A DNA stretch of 64,000 nucleotides from Patescibacteria group bacterium (GTDB taxonomy: Bacteria > Patescibacteriota > Patescibacteriia > 2-01-FULL-39-33). Position 1 is the first letter of the stretch. Each line of letters starts with the position of its first letter. The stretch lies in contig JBAZKF010000002.1 of the NCBI GenBank assembly GCA_041650895.1, positions 88,425 through 152,424 of the forward strand, given 5' to 3'. A model generated the notes under the pieces. It was given only the letters and a program-made list of their open reading frames with translations. It was not told where the DNA came from and did no database searches. Both the position numbers and the translations under genes were made by a program. Shown piece by piece: positions 26,357 to 35,949 of this stretch.

Positions 26357-27028
26357 ATGAAAAAGAATCTAATTTTCATTTTAGTGGCGGCCGGGTTGCT
26401 TATAGCCGTTTCGGTTAGCGCTCATCAGCCACGTTTAGCTTACCAGATGACGGCGACTAAGGATGTGCCGATTCTGATCGCGAATGCCGACGTCTCACAG
26501 GCATTTTACGGCCAGCTTAGGGGAGGAATTGATTATTATGATTTGAATCTCACAGCGCCGTTGGATTTTTATTTTCAGATTTTGGTACCCGACATTACTG
26601 ACGCTCGCACCGGTTTAATAGCGCAATTGAATGACGGCGGCGACGGTAAGCCGTTGGTGGTTTTAAACGGCCTAGGTTACCCTTGGCAGAAATTCCATGA
26701 GGATTTTGCCGGCGATGATTATTTGCAAGGCCCGGAAAGGAAAATCAATTTGCCGGCCGGCAATTATCGCATTATGGTTTCCAGCCCCAATAATCTCGGC
26801 AAGTATGTGTTGGTGGTGGGGGAGAAAGAATCATTTCCGCTCGGTGAATCATTAAAAACCTTATGGCTTTTACCCGGATTGAAAGGATATTTTAATAAAC
26901 CGTTTTGGTCGGTCTATGAGGGCCGTATCGGTTCCGGTCTACTGATTGCTACTCTGGTTATTCTGGCGATAGTCCTGATAGTGGCTGGCTTTATTATATT
27001 TGAACGACGCAGGAAGAAAAAAATTTAA
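26357..27028 (+). CDS. Secreted protein with C-terminal TM anchor, hypothetical
   Basis: Signal peptide, a soluble domain of about 170 aa, and a C-terminal hydrophobic helix followed by RRRKKKI. Confidence 0.35.
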   Translation: MKKNLIFILVAAGLLIAVSVSAHQPRLAYQMTATKDVPILIANADVSQAFYGQLRGGIDYYDLNLTAPLDFYFQILVPDITDARTGLIAQLNDGGDGKPLVVLNGLGYPWQKFHEDFAGDDYLQGPERKINLPAGNYRIMVSSPNNLGKYVLVVGEKESFPLGESLKTLWLLPGLKGYFNKPFWSVYEGRIGSGLLIATLVILAIVLIVAGFIIFERRRKKKI

Positions 27029-27137
27029 GCGATAAGGATAAGGGAAATTATGGATTTTAACTCCGGCCGCTAAAGCCGGAGTTTGTTTTAGACGTAATTG
27101 CCAAAATAACGGATTTTTGTTAAACTTCAACCCAGTT

Positions 27138-27857
27138 ATGACTGATCAGAAACTGTCACAATTGCAACGCGATCTGCGGCGTTTGGCCAGCCCGGCCAAG
27201 GCCGCTATTCTGTTGCGGTTCTTTAAGACCGGCAAAGGGCAGTACGGCGAGGGTGATAAGTTTCTTGGCGTAGTGGTGCCGGAGCAGAGGAAATTGGCGC
27301 GTCAGTATGGTCAGCTGACTTTAAGCGATTTGGAAAAATTGTTGCATAGCAAAATTCATGAAGAACGCCTGACCGCGTTGATTATTTTAGATGACCAATT
27401 CAGGCGCGGTGACAGTAAGATTCAAGAGAAAATTTTTAAGTTGTATCTTAGAAACACTCGCTATATTAATAATTGGGATTTGGTAGATTTGAGCGCGCCC
27501 AATATTGTCGGCGCTTGGCTGTATCGGCGCGATCGTAATATTTTGTATCGTTTAGCTGAGTCAAAGTTGTTATGGGATAGGCGCATCGCCATGTTGGCGA
27601 CATTTTATTTCATTTGCCAAGGTGATTGCGCTGATACTATAAAAATCGCTAAAGTTTTTTTAACTGACCAGCATGACCTAATACATAAGGCTGTTGGCTG
27701 GATGTTAAGGGAAGTGGGTAAACGATGCGATGAAAAAGAATTGAAGTCTTTTTTGAATCAGTATTCAGCCAAGATGCCCCGTACAATGTTACGTTATGCC
27801 ATTGAGCGATTATCAACGGGAGAGCGCAAGAAATATTTAGCCAGTAAGGAGGTTTAA
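27138..27857 (+). CDS. DNA alkylation repair protein (AlkC/AlkD-like HEAT-repeat glycosylase family)
   Basis: LLRFFKTGKGQYGEGDKFLGVVVPEQRKLARQY and WMLREVGKRC are typical of the AlkD family. The ORF-track start at 27117 is a TTG, and an ATG at 27138 is preferred. Confidence 0.65.
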   Translation: MTDQKLSQLQRDLRRLASPAKAAILLRFFKTGKGQYGEGDKFLGVVVPEQRKLARQYGQLTLSDLEKLLHSKIHEERLTALIILDDQFRRGDSKIQEKIFKLYLRNTRYINNWDLVDLSAPNIVGAWLYRRDRNILYRLAESKLLWDRRIAMLATFYFICQGDCADTIKIAKVFLTDQHDLIHKAVGWMLREVGKRCDEKELKSFLNQYSAKMPRTMLRYAIERLSTGERKKYLASKEV

Positions 27858-27860
27858 AAT

Positions 27861-28532
27861 ATGAAAGTAAAAGCATCGTTGCATTTGCACACCAAGGAGG
27901 ATGTCCAAGACGGCAAAATAATTGATTACACCGCCCAAGATGTGATTGATCAGGCCGCTGTTTTTGATTTTAAGGTTTTGGCAGTAACTAACCACGATAA
28001 ATTTGTTTGCAGTCCTGATATGGTGGTTTACGCTAAAGCCAAAGGCATCTTGCTTTTACCCGGTGTTGAAGTTCGCATTGGGCGTAAGCACATGTTGATT
28101 TTAAATTGCGGCGCCGCAGCCGATGAGGTGACCGACTTTGACCAGTTGGCCAAATGGCGGCAGGAACATCCGGAGTCTTTCATTATCGTGCCCCATCCTA
28201 ATCATGGCATGGGGGTATCTTTGGGACTGAGAGATCTGCATCGTTATCATGATCTTTTTGACGCGGTGGAGCATAGTTGGTTTTATAGTAAGTGGTTTAA
28301 CCCCAACAGAAAAATTGAACGGGCGTGCAAAGAATTGCATAAGCCGTTTATCGCCACTTCCGATCTGCACACCATGAATTATCTGGCTGGCGATTATGCT
28401 GTTTTGGACGTACTAGAGTTGACTCCGGAAGCAGTTTTTACCGCCATTAGAAATGGTGATTTTTCTAACGTCAGCAAACCCAAAACATTATGGGAGCTTA
28501 TCAGGTTCAGTGTTTGGATGGGCCTCCATTAG
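27861..28532 (+). CDS. PHP-domain metal-dependent phosphoesterase
   Basis: N-terminal LHLHTKED (HxH motif). HP(N)H motif in IIVPHPNHG. Confidence 0.6.
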   Translation: MKVKASLHLHTKEDVQDGKIIDYTAQDVIDQAAVFDFKVLAVTNHDKFVCSPDMVVYAKAKGILLLPGVEVRIGRKHMLILNCGAAADEVTDFDQLAKWRQEHPESFIIVPHPNHGMGVSLGLRDLHRYHDLFDAVEHSWFYSKWFNPNRKIERACKELHKPFIATSDLHTMNYLAGDYAVLDVLELTPEAVFTAIRNGDFSNVSKPKTLWELIRFSVWMGLH

Positions 28533-28755
28533 TTCCTTGACTCGTAACTGTCGCACAACAATATGACTCGCAAAGCGGGTCATTTTTATTTAAATTTAGC
28601 TTATATTGTTGTTTTAGTGGGTTAGTAATTTTTCTGTCTGACTTGACTTTTATTCTTTAGTGTGATATGCTACCAGTCTGTTCTTTGGATAGTTGTGTGG
28701 CTAGCAATCAGGCTAGTAGCAAGAAGAGACCGCAAGGTCAAAGGAGGTGGCGTTA

Positions 28756-29193
28756 ATGCCCGATCGTGAGAAGGTTAATGGAATCCATTTACGGTACTTG
28801 GTAATAGAAGCGATCAATATCACATTGCGCGGCGCTGGAGTTACTGACCGTGAGCTATTATTCAAGATGTATGAGATGGTGGTTGATGAAGATTTCCCGG
28901 CCAGGTTGTGGCTGGCTGAAACCCAAGAAGAGTCTTTCCGGGTAAAAATTGGGAGACTGTTTGAGCTTCAGTTTATAGATGGTAAGAATCGAGTATTGGT
29001 GCATATTGTCAATAATCGACACGATCGAAGCGCCAACGACGATGGCGATTTTTCCGGTCAGATTCGAGCCAGGCCGTTGGTAGAAGTCGCTCGACATTTT
29101 ATCCGATATGCCCATGATATTGATCCGCTAAATCGTAGTGAGAAAGCGGTGCAACAAAATCTTGAGGCATTGGGTATAAAAATCAACAACTAA
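28756..29193 (+). CDS. Hypothetical protein
   Basis: AGGAGG RBS at 28743-28748 with the ATG at 28756. No recognisable motif. Confidence 0.35.
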   Translation: MPDREKVNGIHLRYLVIEAINITLRGAGVTDRELLFKMYEMVVDEDFPARLWLAETQEESFRVKIGRLFELQFIDGKNRVLVHIVNNRHDRSANDDGDFSGQIRARPLVEVARHFIRYAHDIDPLNRSEKAVQQNLEALGIKINN

Positions 29194-29293
29194 TCGCTCT
29201 TTAGCCGTTCGGTAAAGCCGGGCGGTTTTTTTGATTGTCATTATTAGTGAAGATTAAAAAAGGAAGCCGTAATCGGCTTCCGCTGTAAAGTGC

Positions 29294-29836
29294 TTAGAGA
29301 ATTGGCTCGTTGCCCCACCCCTCCATTTCTCGGATAACTTTAGCGTAACTTTTGCCTTCATTATCGTGAGTGAATAGCTCTACCAAGTAAACCGGCTTAC
29401 GTGCCATGAAAGCCATCCCCAAATCAAAGTGCGAGCCGGTTGATCCTGCATCCCAGAAAATATGCACATAAGAACAGGCTTTCATGGCTTCGGCATGAGC
29501 CAGGCAGATATTTATTCCAGTGGGATCATTTTGATCAACATCGCGTGGCGGAAAATGAACTCTCAGGCCTTTTTCTTCTAATTTTCTAACATAGTCATCT
29601 ATGACTTCCTGTTGCTCCGGGGTGATATTACGTACCGGACAAATCAAATAGATGAGGTTTTTATCCGCTGGCGCTGGTTTCTGCTGTCGGTTTTTTTGTC
29701 CGATCCAACGATTGCCCTTCAGGCGCAAATATGACCAGCAAGCTAAAGCCAGGGCGTATAGTAAATGCAAGGGGAAGGCAGAGATATAGCATAGCATGAC
29801 AAAAGCCGCTAGTACGACATAATCGCCGATTTGCAT
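29294..29836 (-). CDS. Membrane-anchored nucleoside 2-deoxyribosyltransferase-like (NDT/SLOG-like fold) protein
   Basis: Two N-terminal TM helices. The C-terminal domain has NDT-family motifs IYLICPVR...VIDDYVRKLEEKGLRV and IFWDAGSTGSHFDLGMAFMARKPVYLV (cf. D.GT.FE.G.A.A.GKPV). Confidence 0.45.
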   Translation of the reverse strand: MQIGDYVVLAAFVMLCYISAFPLHLLYALALACWSYLRLKGNRWIGQKNRQQKPAPADKNLIYLICPVRNITPEQQEVIDDYVRKLEEKGLRVHFPPRDVDQNDPTGINICLAHAEAMKACSYVHIFWDAGSTGSHFDLGMAFMARKPVYLVELFTHDNEGKSYAKVIREMEGWGNEPIL

Positions 29837-30061
29837 AATGGTTGTCTCCTTATTGGGTTGTTCAAAGAGCTTTATAGTACTTTATTCGTATCCAACTTTA
29901 ACATGGAATAGGCAAAAAGGCAAGGTGATATCAAAGACTCGATTAATTGATAATTGACTGCGTAATTACTGCCTGGCCAATCAATAGTTCAGATCGGCGC
30001 CATTTTGACTTAAGCGATTAAAAGTGATAAAATCATTATATAATATAGTGAAATTAATCCA

Positions 30062-31231
30062 ATGAATAAGTCGGTGGCAATAGTCGTCTGCGCCTGGCCG
30101 CCCTTAGGTGGCGGTATTGGCAATAACGCCTATTATCAACTTAAGGAGCTGGCTAGAAACTCCATTACGACCCGCGCTTTTACGCCGGCTTATTTTGGTC
30201 TTGATCAAGACTTATCTTTACCTGTTTCTTATTTGCCGGCGATTTCACCGATTGGTAAGGCCGGCTTTATGCGAGGGTTAAAACGGGAACTGGAACAGTT
30301 TGATATTATTCATTTATACTGGCCATTTTTCGGCGCTGATTTGCAGTTGATTAGGTTTAAGCTCCGACATCCGGAAAAAAAACTTGTTCTACACTATCAG
30401 ATGGATCCGATCGGCCGGGGAGTCAAAGCTTGGGTTTTTAGGCTTTACGTTAAATTATTCTTGGGTCTTATTGTTAAGCTGGCTGACAGGATCTTGGTGT
30501 TGTCTCTTGATCATGCCCAGCATTCCTATTTGTCTCCCTATCTTAAGTTGTATCCGGAAAAATTTTTGGAGTGGCCCAACGGCGTGGATACGGATTTATT
30601 CAAACCATTGAACAACAAGAATGAATTGCGCGCTTTGAACAAGTTTAGTGTTCAGGATGAAATCGTATTGTTTGTCGGCGGTTTGGATAAACAGCATTTC
30701 TTTAAGGGCGTACCGGTGTTGCTTGAGGCGTTTGAGAAAGTAGTTAGGGCCGTACCGCAGGCCAAGTTGTTAATTATCGGCGACGGCAATGAGCGTCTGA
30801 AATTTGAGGGTCAAGCCTTAGATCTGGGACTGAAGGATCAAGTTCGTTTTTTGGGGTGGATGAAGAATGAGAGCTTGCCGGTTTGGTATAATTTGTCCGA
30901 TGTTTTTGTTCTGCCCTCTACCAAGTCTACGGAAAGTTTTGGGATAGTGGCGGCCGAAGCGCAAGCTTGCGGTTTGCCCGCTATCGTCGCCTCATGGCCG
31001 GGTGTCAGGCAGACTGTTAAATTGAATGAAACCGGTTTATGGGTGGAGCCGAACGACGCTAATGACTTGGCTTTGAAGCTGATCAAGCTTTTGACTGATG
31101 AGTCTCTACGCCAGCGTTTTGGCCAAGCCGGCCGGGAACGAGTTGGACGCTTGTATAGCTGGACTAGTTTGATTCTGCGTTTATTAGATATCTATAATTC
31201 GCTTTATGTTCCATCGACAGAAAAAAAATAA
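30062..31231 (+). CDS. Glycosyltransferase family 1 (GT4-like)
   Basis: C-terminal GT-B motif STESFGIVAAEAQACGLPAIV. EX7E-type region. Confidence 0.75.
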   Translation: MNKSVAIVVCAWPPLGGGIGNNAYYQLKELARNSITTRAFTPAYFGLDQDLSLPVSYLPAISPIGKAGFMRGLKRELEQFDIIHLYWPFFGADLQLIRFKLRHPEKKLVLHYQMDPIGRGVKAWVFRLYVKLFLGLIVKLADRILVLSLDHAQHSYLSPYLKLYPEKFLEWPNGVDTDLFKPLNNKNELRALNKFSVQDEIVLFVGGLDKQHFFKGVPVLLEAFEKVVRAVPQAKLLIIGDGNERLKFEGQALDLGLKDQVRFLGWMKNESLPVWYNLSDVFVLPSTKSTESFGIVAAEAQACGLPAIVASWPGVRQTVKLNETGLWVEPNDANDLALKLIKLLTDESLRQRFGQAGRERVGRLYSWTSLILRLLDIYNSLYVPSTEKK

Positions 31232-31610
31232 TTTTCGGGCCGCTTTACTTTGGCTATTGGTCATATCTTGGCTGACTTTTATTTTTTGCTTGTCCGCCCA
31301 ACCCAGTTTTCCGGTTAACTTTACGGTCAATGAATATCAAATAATTTCCTCTTGGGCTCACATTGCTTTGTATGTTATTCTGGCTTTTTTAGTAGTTGAG
31401 GCCGCAGTGGCATCGGGTATCAACCGGCGCCAGGCTTTGGTTGTCGCTTTAGCAGTTTGCGCCATTTACGGCGCTTCCGATGAATGGCATCAATTTTTTG
31501 TGCCGGGTCGGGAGGCGAGTTTAAATGATTGGTTATTGGATACGATAGCCGCCTTGTTGGTTGTTTTTTTCTACGCTTTTATTTATCGCTTTAAACTGGT
31601 TGACTGTTAA
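31206..31610 (+). CDS. VanZ-like membrane protein
   Basis: ASDEWHQFFVPGREASLNDWLLDTIAALL matches the VanZ family core (DE.HQ.F.PGR...L.D...D). Confidence 0.5.
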   Translation: MFHRQKKNNFRAALLWLLVISWLTFIFCLSAQPSFPVNFTVNEYQIISSWAHIALYVILAFLVVEAAVASGINRRQALVVALAVCAIYGASDEWHQFFVPGREASLNDWLLDTIAALLVVFFYAFIYRFKLVDC

Positions 31611-31611
31611 T

Positions 31612-32772
31612 ATGAAGATTGCTGTTATCCATTCCATTTATCAGCCTTACACTCGCGGTGGAGCAGAGGTAATGGTGTCCAATGTTGTCAGCGGGCTTAA
31701 GAGTCGCGGGCATGAAGTTCTTGTTATTACGGTCGGCTATGAAAATAAAATGGAAGTAATTAACGGTATTAAGGTTTATCGCATTAAGCCGTTTAATCTA
31801 TTTAATTTTTTGGATATTAATAACCAGCCGGCTTGGAAACGTTTGTTCTGGCATTTGCTGGATATGTTCAATGACGTGCAGACCTGGCGGATTTATAAAG
31901 TTCTCCTGGCTGAAAAACCGGAGTTAGTCCTAACGCACAATCTCAAGGGCCTAGGTTATCAGGTTCCTCCCTTATTGAAACTATTGAAGATCAGGCATAT
32001 CCATACTGTCCATGATATGCAGTTGATTCATCCTTCTGGACTGATCACTGACGATCCTAAATTCAAGCTTAATCTTTTTGTCCGATTATATACCAGATTC
32101 TGCCGCGAATTATTCAATAATCCTGATGTAGTAGTTTTCCCCTCGGACTATATCCGATTGGTTTATCGCCGTTACAAATTATTCACCAAAGCCAAGATGG
32201 CAATACTGGGCAATCCTTTATTGATTAAACCACGAAAAGTCAAAACCACCGCCAAAAGCAGAATCTTTACCTTGGTGTTTATCGGCCAATTGGAATTGTA
32301 TAAGGGGATCATTGATTTGATTAAGGCCGCTAATCGTTTAACCGGCGATTGGCAGCTGCTTGTTGCCGGTGACGGCAAAGCCGAAAAGGAGGCGCGTCGC
32401 GTAGCCATTGACAGTCCGCGGATTAAATTTCTTGGCCGGTTGAGTCAGGATGAGCTTGAACAAAAAATTTGGTCGGAGGCGGATGTGTTAGTCAATCCTA
32501 GCCGAACGGCAGAAAGTTTCGGCATGGTGGTCATTGAATCTTATGCGCACGGCGTTCCTGTAATCGCTTCTAAGATCGGGGCTTTGCCGGAGTTAGTCAA
32601 GGACGGTTTGACTGGTTGGCTGGTCAAGCCGGGTAATCCCGATGATTTGAAACGGCAATTGGAGTTTATTATTGATAACCGCGATCATTTGACGCCGCTA
32701 ACTGACAAATGCCTGGCTGAAGCAGAAAAGTATACCATTGACAGTTATTTGAATCGTCTTTTAGAACTATGA
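31612..32772 (+). CDS. Glycosyltransferase family 1 (GT4-like)
   Basis: Start at MKIAVIHS. AESFGMVVIESYAHGVPVIAS GT-B C-terminal motif. Confidence 0.75.
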   Translation: MKIAVIHSIYQPYTRGGAEVMVSNVVSGLKSRGHEVLVITVGYENKMEVINGIKVYRIKPFNLFNFLDINNQPAWKRLFWHLLDMFNDVQTWRIYKVLLAEKPELVLTHNLKGLGYQVPPLLKLLKIRHIHTVHDMQLIHPSGLITDDPKFKLNLFVRLYTRFCRELFNNPDVVVFPSDYIRLVYRRYKLFTKAKMAILGNPLLIKPRKVKTTAKSRIFTLVFIGQLELYKGIIDLIKAANRLTGDWQLLVAGDGKAEKEARRVAIDSPRIKFLGRLSQDELEQKIWSEADVLVNPSRTAESFGMVVIESYAHGVPVIASKIGALPELVKDGLTGWLVKPGNPDDLKRQLEFIIDNRDHLTPLTDKCLAEAEKYTIDSYLNRLLEL

Positions 32773-33659
32773 ATCAAATTATGAAAGCTTTAATTATTTT
32801 CAATCCTACTGCCGGAGTTCTGACTAAATCAGATGTTAAGGGTCTAGTAGCGGCGCGACTCCAATCCTTGGGTTATCAGTCGGATGTTTTGATTTTAGAC
32901 TTTAATTTTGAAACTAATATTGAGACTTATAACACTGACGGTTTGCGTTTGATTGTGGCGGTCGGCGGAGACGGAACAGTCAAAGTGGCGGCGCGGGAAA
33001 TTATTCAACGCAAGCTGGACGTACCGCTGGCGATTATTCCTTTTGGTTCGGCCAATGTTTTGGCTTCGACTTTGGGTCTGCCTTTGGATATGGCCGGATC
33101 CTTGGCTTTGCTTCAAGAAATAAAAACTAAAAGAATCGATGTCGGCGTCATTAATCGCCAGATTTATTTTATTGTCGGCTTTTCTTTAGGTTATGTGTCT
33201 TCCATCATTATTCATACTGAAAAAGGACTCAAAAACCGTTTCGGCTACCTGGGGTATTTGTTGAATATTTTATGGAGTAAGATTAGGATTTTCCGCATTA
33301 AGTTCCGGATTGAAACGCAGAATAAAGTCTTTTGGGTTAGGGGCAATAGTTTGATTATTTTTAACGCTTTTAAGTTTTTCGGTCTAGAACCAAAAAAACC
33401 AGTCAGTATAACTGATGGTATTTTGAATCTTTACGTTGTTACCAACAAGACTTTTTTGACCTTGTTGCAAGCGGCCTTGGGGGTGCTGTTTTATGTTAAA
33501 CCGCCGCGCCATATTTTTACTTTGGATAATCGTTATTTTAAGATTAGGATTAAACGTCGCCATTTGAAAACCGCCCAAGTGGACGGCGATCGTATTAAGG
33601 TGCCGAAGGTAATGGAAGTGGAATGCCTGCCTCAAGCACTTGAAGTGGTGGTAAAATAA
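32769..33659 (+). CDS. Diacylglycerol-kinase catalytic domain (DAGK_cat / YegS-like) lipid kinase
   Basis: IIFNPTAGVLTKSD ... LIVAVGGDGTVKVAAREI matches the NAD-kinase-like fold GGDGT motif. Confidence 0.6.
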   Translation: MNQIMKALIIFNPTAGVLTKSDVKGLVAARLQSLGYQSDVLILDFNFETNIETYNTDGLRLIVAVGGDGTVKVAAREIIQRKLDVPLAIIPFGSANVLASTLGLPLDMAGSLALLQEIKTKRIDVGVINRQIYFIVGFSLGYVSSIIIHTEKGLKNRFGYLGYLLNILWSKIRIFRIKFRIETQNKVFWVRGNSLIIFNAFKFFGLEPKKPVSITDGILNLYVVTNKTFLTLLQAALGVLFYVKPPRHIFTLDNRYFKIRIKRRHLKTAQVDGDRIKVPKVMEVECLPQALEVVVK

Positions 33660-33720
33660 AAGAAGTCGCATTTATGTGGCGGCTCCAACAAGGTACGAAT
33701 CAGGGTAGGGATGAGATTTC

Positions 33721-33957
33721 CTACGGTTTATCATCGGAAGCGGCTTCGAGAAGCGGCTGACCGCAAGAAGCACAGACACTAATAGTGCACCTTTCTCCGT
33801 CACCTTCCGGATTTTTTAGTCCCGCACCGCATTTAAGGCAAATGCATCCACTGCCGATAGAGCTGATAGCTGAAAGATCAAAGTATTCGCCATCACAAGT
33901 CCTGAGTTTCAATATTTTTCCGCAAGACGAACAAACAGATCGCTTTTGATTCTCCAT
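33721..33957 (-). CDS. Small Cys-rich zinc-ribbon protein, hypothetical
   Basis: Four CxxC-type pairs: CSSCG, CLKCG, CASCG and CICLKC. Confidence 0.4.
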   Translation of the reverse strand: MENQKRSVCSSCGKILKLRTCDGEYFDLSAISSIGSGCICLKCGAGLKNPEGDGERCTISVCASCGQPLLEAASDDKP

Positions 33958-34140
33958 GTTCGGTCCTCCTGATGTTATCCGTTTTAACGGATTTTTTTGT
34001 TGTTTAAAAATGTACTGTCTTTAAGTATTCTTATCATAAATATGATTATTTGGCAAACTATTGATTTTTTTTAAGTATTATGTTAACATCTGGTCATATT
34101 GGTATATTTTGAACAACACTTAGCTGGAGGAATATTAAGG

Positions 34141-34482
34141 ATGAAAAGAAAATTGCTGGAATGGGGAGTTAAGCCTAGCAATGCCAATGCTTGGATTGGT
34201 AATTTTCAATGCGGGCGCTGTGGTCAGGACTTAATTGATTTGAGTGATTCTTTGGTTGGTTTTTCTCATGCTGTCATGCCTAGCCAAACTGGACAAGAGG
34301 GAGCGATTGGTACTCTCGTTGTTAAGTGTCGTAAATGCTCTCGGTTGTATTGGATGCACGCTTATGAATCAACCATTGATTCCATTTTGCTTAACAAAAA
34401 AGCTTGTTCTAATTGGCCGAAGCCTCGTACCATTAAGAAAAATAAGAGGAGGAAAGTAAGAAGACTTAACCGCTCTAACTAG
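34141..34482 (+). CDS. Small zinc-ribbon protein with basic C-terminal tail, hypothetical
   Basis: GGAGG RBS before the ATG at 34141. CGRCG ... CRKC pairs. Tail KKNKRRKVRRLNRSN. Confidence 0.35.
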   Translation: MKRKLLEWGVKPSNANAWIGNFQCGRCGQDLIDLSDSLVGFSHAVMPSQTGQEGAIGTLVVKCRKCSRLYWMHAYESTIDSILLNKKACSNWPKPRTIKKNKRRKVRRLNRSN

Positions 34483-34500
34483 AGCGGTTTTTAATTTTTT
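34467..34500 (+). terminator. Intrinsic terminator (gctctaactagagc + TTTTTAATTTTTT)
   Basis: Perfect hairpin and T-tract. Confidence 0.6.
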
Positions 34501-34559
34501 AGGGTTTGGCAAACTACCTGATTATGCTATAATGAAATTAAGAATTAATCGCTAAATAA

Positions 34560-35924
34560 ATGGATATTTCCTTTCATGGCGCCGCCGGCGAAGTTACCGG
34601 CTCCTGTATTTTAGTTAAAACTAAAAAGACTAAGTTTTTGGTTGATTGCGGTATGTTCCAAGGCGGTCAGTTTGCCCGGCAAGAGAACTTTGAGTCTTGG
34701 CCGTTTAATCCGGCGGAAATTAATTTTGTTATTCTGACCCATGCCCATATTGATCATTGCGGCCGTTTGCCCAAACTTTATGCCGACGGCTTTAAGGGCA
34801 AGATTTATTGCACTAGCGCCACCAAAGAGCTGACGGAAATTATTTTATCGGATGCCACTAAGGTTATCAAAGAAGAAGTCCGGCGCCATGGCGGGGAAGT
34901 GTTGTATCGTGACAAAGACGTTTACGGGGTTATCCCTCTGTTTTGGTCGTTGGATTATAGTCAAAAGCAAAAACTAAGCACTGATGTTACGGTCTGTTTC
35001 CGCGATGCCGGGCATATTTTGGGTTCGGCTATAGTTGAGGTTTGGGTTAAGGAAGGGATTAAGCCTAAGAAAATAGTTTTTTCCGGCGATTTGGGCAATC
35101 CGCCGGCGCCGATCGTGCGTGATACTGAGTTCATTGCTGGCGCTGATTATGTTGTTGTCGAGTCTACTTATGGCGGCAGGATACATGAGCCGGCGGAAAT
35201 GCGTTCGCAGATCCTACGCCAATCAATTTTGGATTCCATCGGCCGCGGCGGCGTATTAATGATCCCAACTTTCGCTTTGGAGAGGACACAGGAAGTCCTT
35301 TATGAGTTGAATTACCTGCATGAAACTCGGCAGATTCCCAAGGTGCCGGTTTATTTGGACAGTCCTTTGGCAATTGACGCTTTGGATATCTATAAACGTT
35401 ATACAAAACTATTTGATGATGAGGCCAAGGAACGCATTGATTCCGGCGATGCTTTGTTTAGTTTTGAAGGCTTGGAGTTGGCGCGAACCGTGGATCAATC
35501 CAAACGTATTAACCGTGTAGCGGCACCTAAAGTTATTTTAGCCGGCAGTGGCATGGCTAACGGCGGCCGCATTTTGTTCCATTTAAAATTATATCTGCCT
35601 AACAGTAAAAGCCATTTATTGATTATTAGTTATCAGGCGGAAGGGTCCTTGGGTCGATTATTGAAAGATGGCGCCAAGCAGGTTGTCATTGATGGTGAGA
35701 AAGTGGGAGTCAAAGCCAAGATTACCGCTATTGGGAGTTATTCTTCTCATGCCGACCAGCCTAAATTATTACATTGGCTCAAAAGTATTGATTCGCCTAA
35801 GCCCAAAATCGTATTTGTAAATCACGGCGAAGAAAAATCATCTTTGATGTTGGTTGATGGCATCAGGCAAAAACTGGGAGTGGAAACGATTATTCCGAAG
35901 AAGAACCAGCAATTCGTAATTTAG
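34560..35924 (+). CDS. Metallo-beta-lactamase / beta-CASP family RNA-processing nuclease (RNase J / CPSF-like)
   Basis: HAHIDHCGRLPKL (HxHxDH motif). beta-CASP motifs. C-terminal IVFVNHGEE. Confidence 0.7.
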   Translation: MDISFHGAAGEVTGSCILVKTKKTKFLVDCGMFQGGQFARQENFESWPFNPAEINFVILTHAHIDHCGRLPKLYADGFKGKIYCTSATKELTEIILSDATKVIKEEVRRHGGEVLYRDKDVYGVIPLFWSLDYSQKQKLSTDVTVCFRDAGHILGSAIVEVWVKEGIKPKKIVFSGDLGNPPAPIVRDTEFIAGADYVVVESTYGGRIHEPAEMRSQILRQSILDSIGRGGVLMIPTFALERTQEVLYELNYLHETRQIPKVPVYLDSPLAIDALDIYKRYTKLFDDEAKERIDSGDALFSFEGLELARTVDQSKRINRVAAPKVILAGSGMANGGRILFHLKLYLPNSKSHLLIISYQAEGSLGRLLKDGAKQVVIDGEKVGVKAKITAIGSYSSHADQPKLLHWLKSIDSPKPKIVFVNHGEEKSSLMLVDGIRQKLGVETIIPKKNQQFVI

Positions 35925-35949
35925 ATAGACAGAGATAAAGATATGGATT

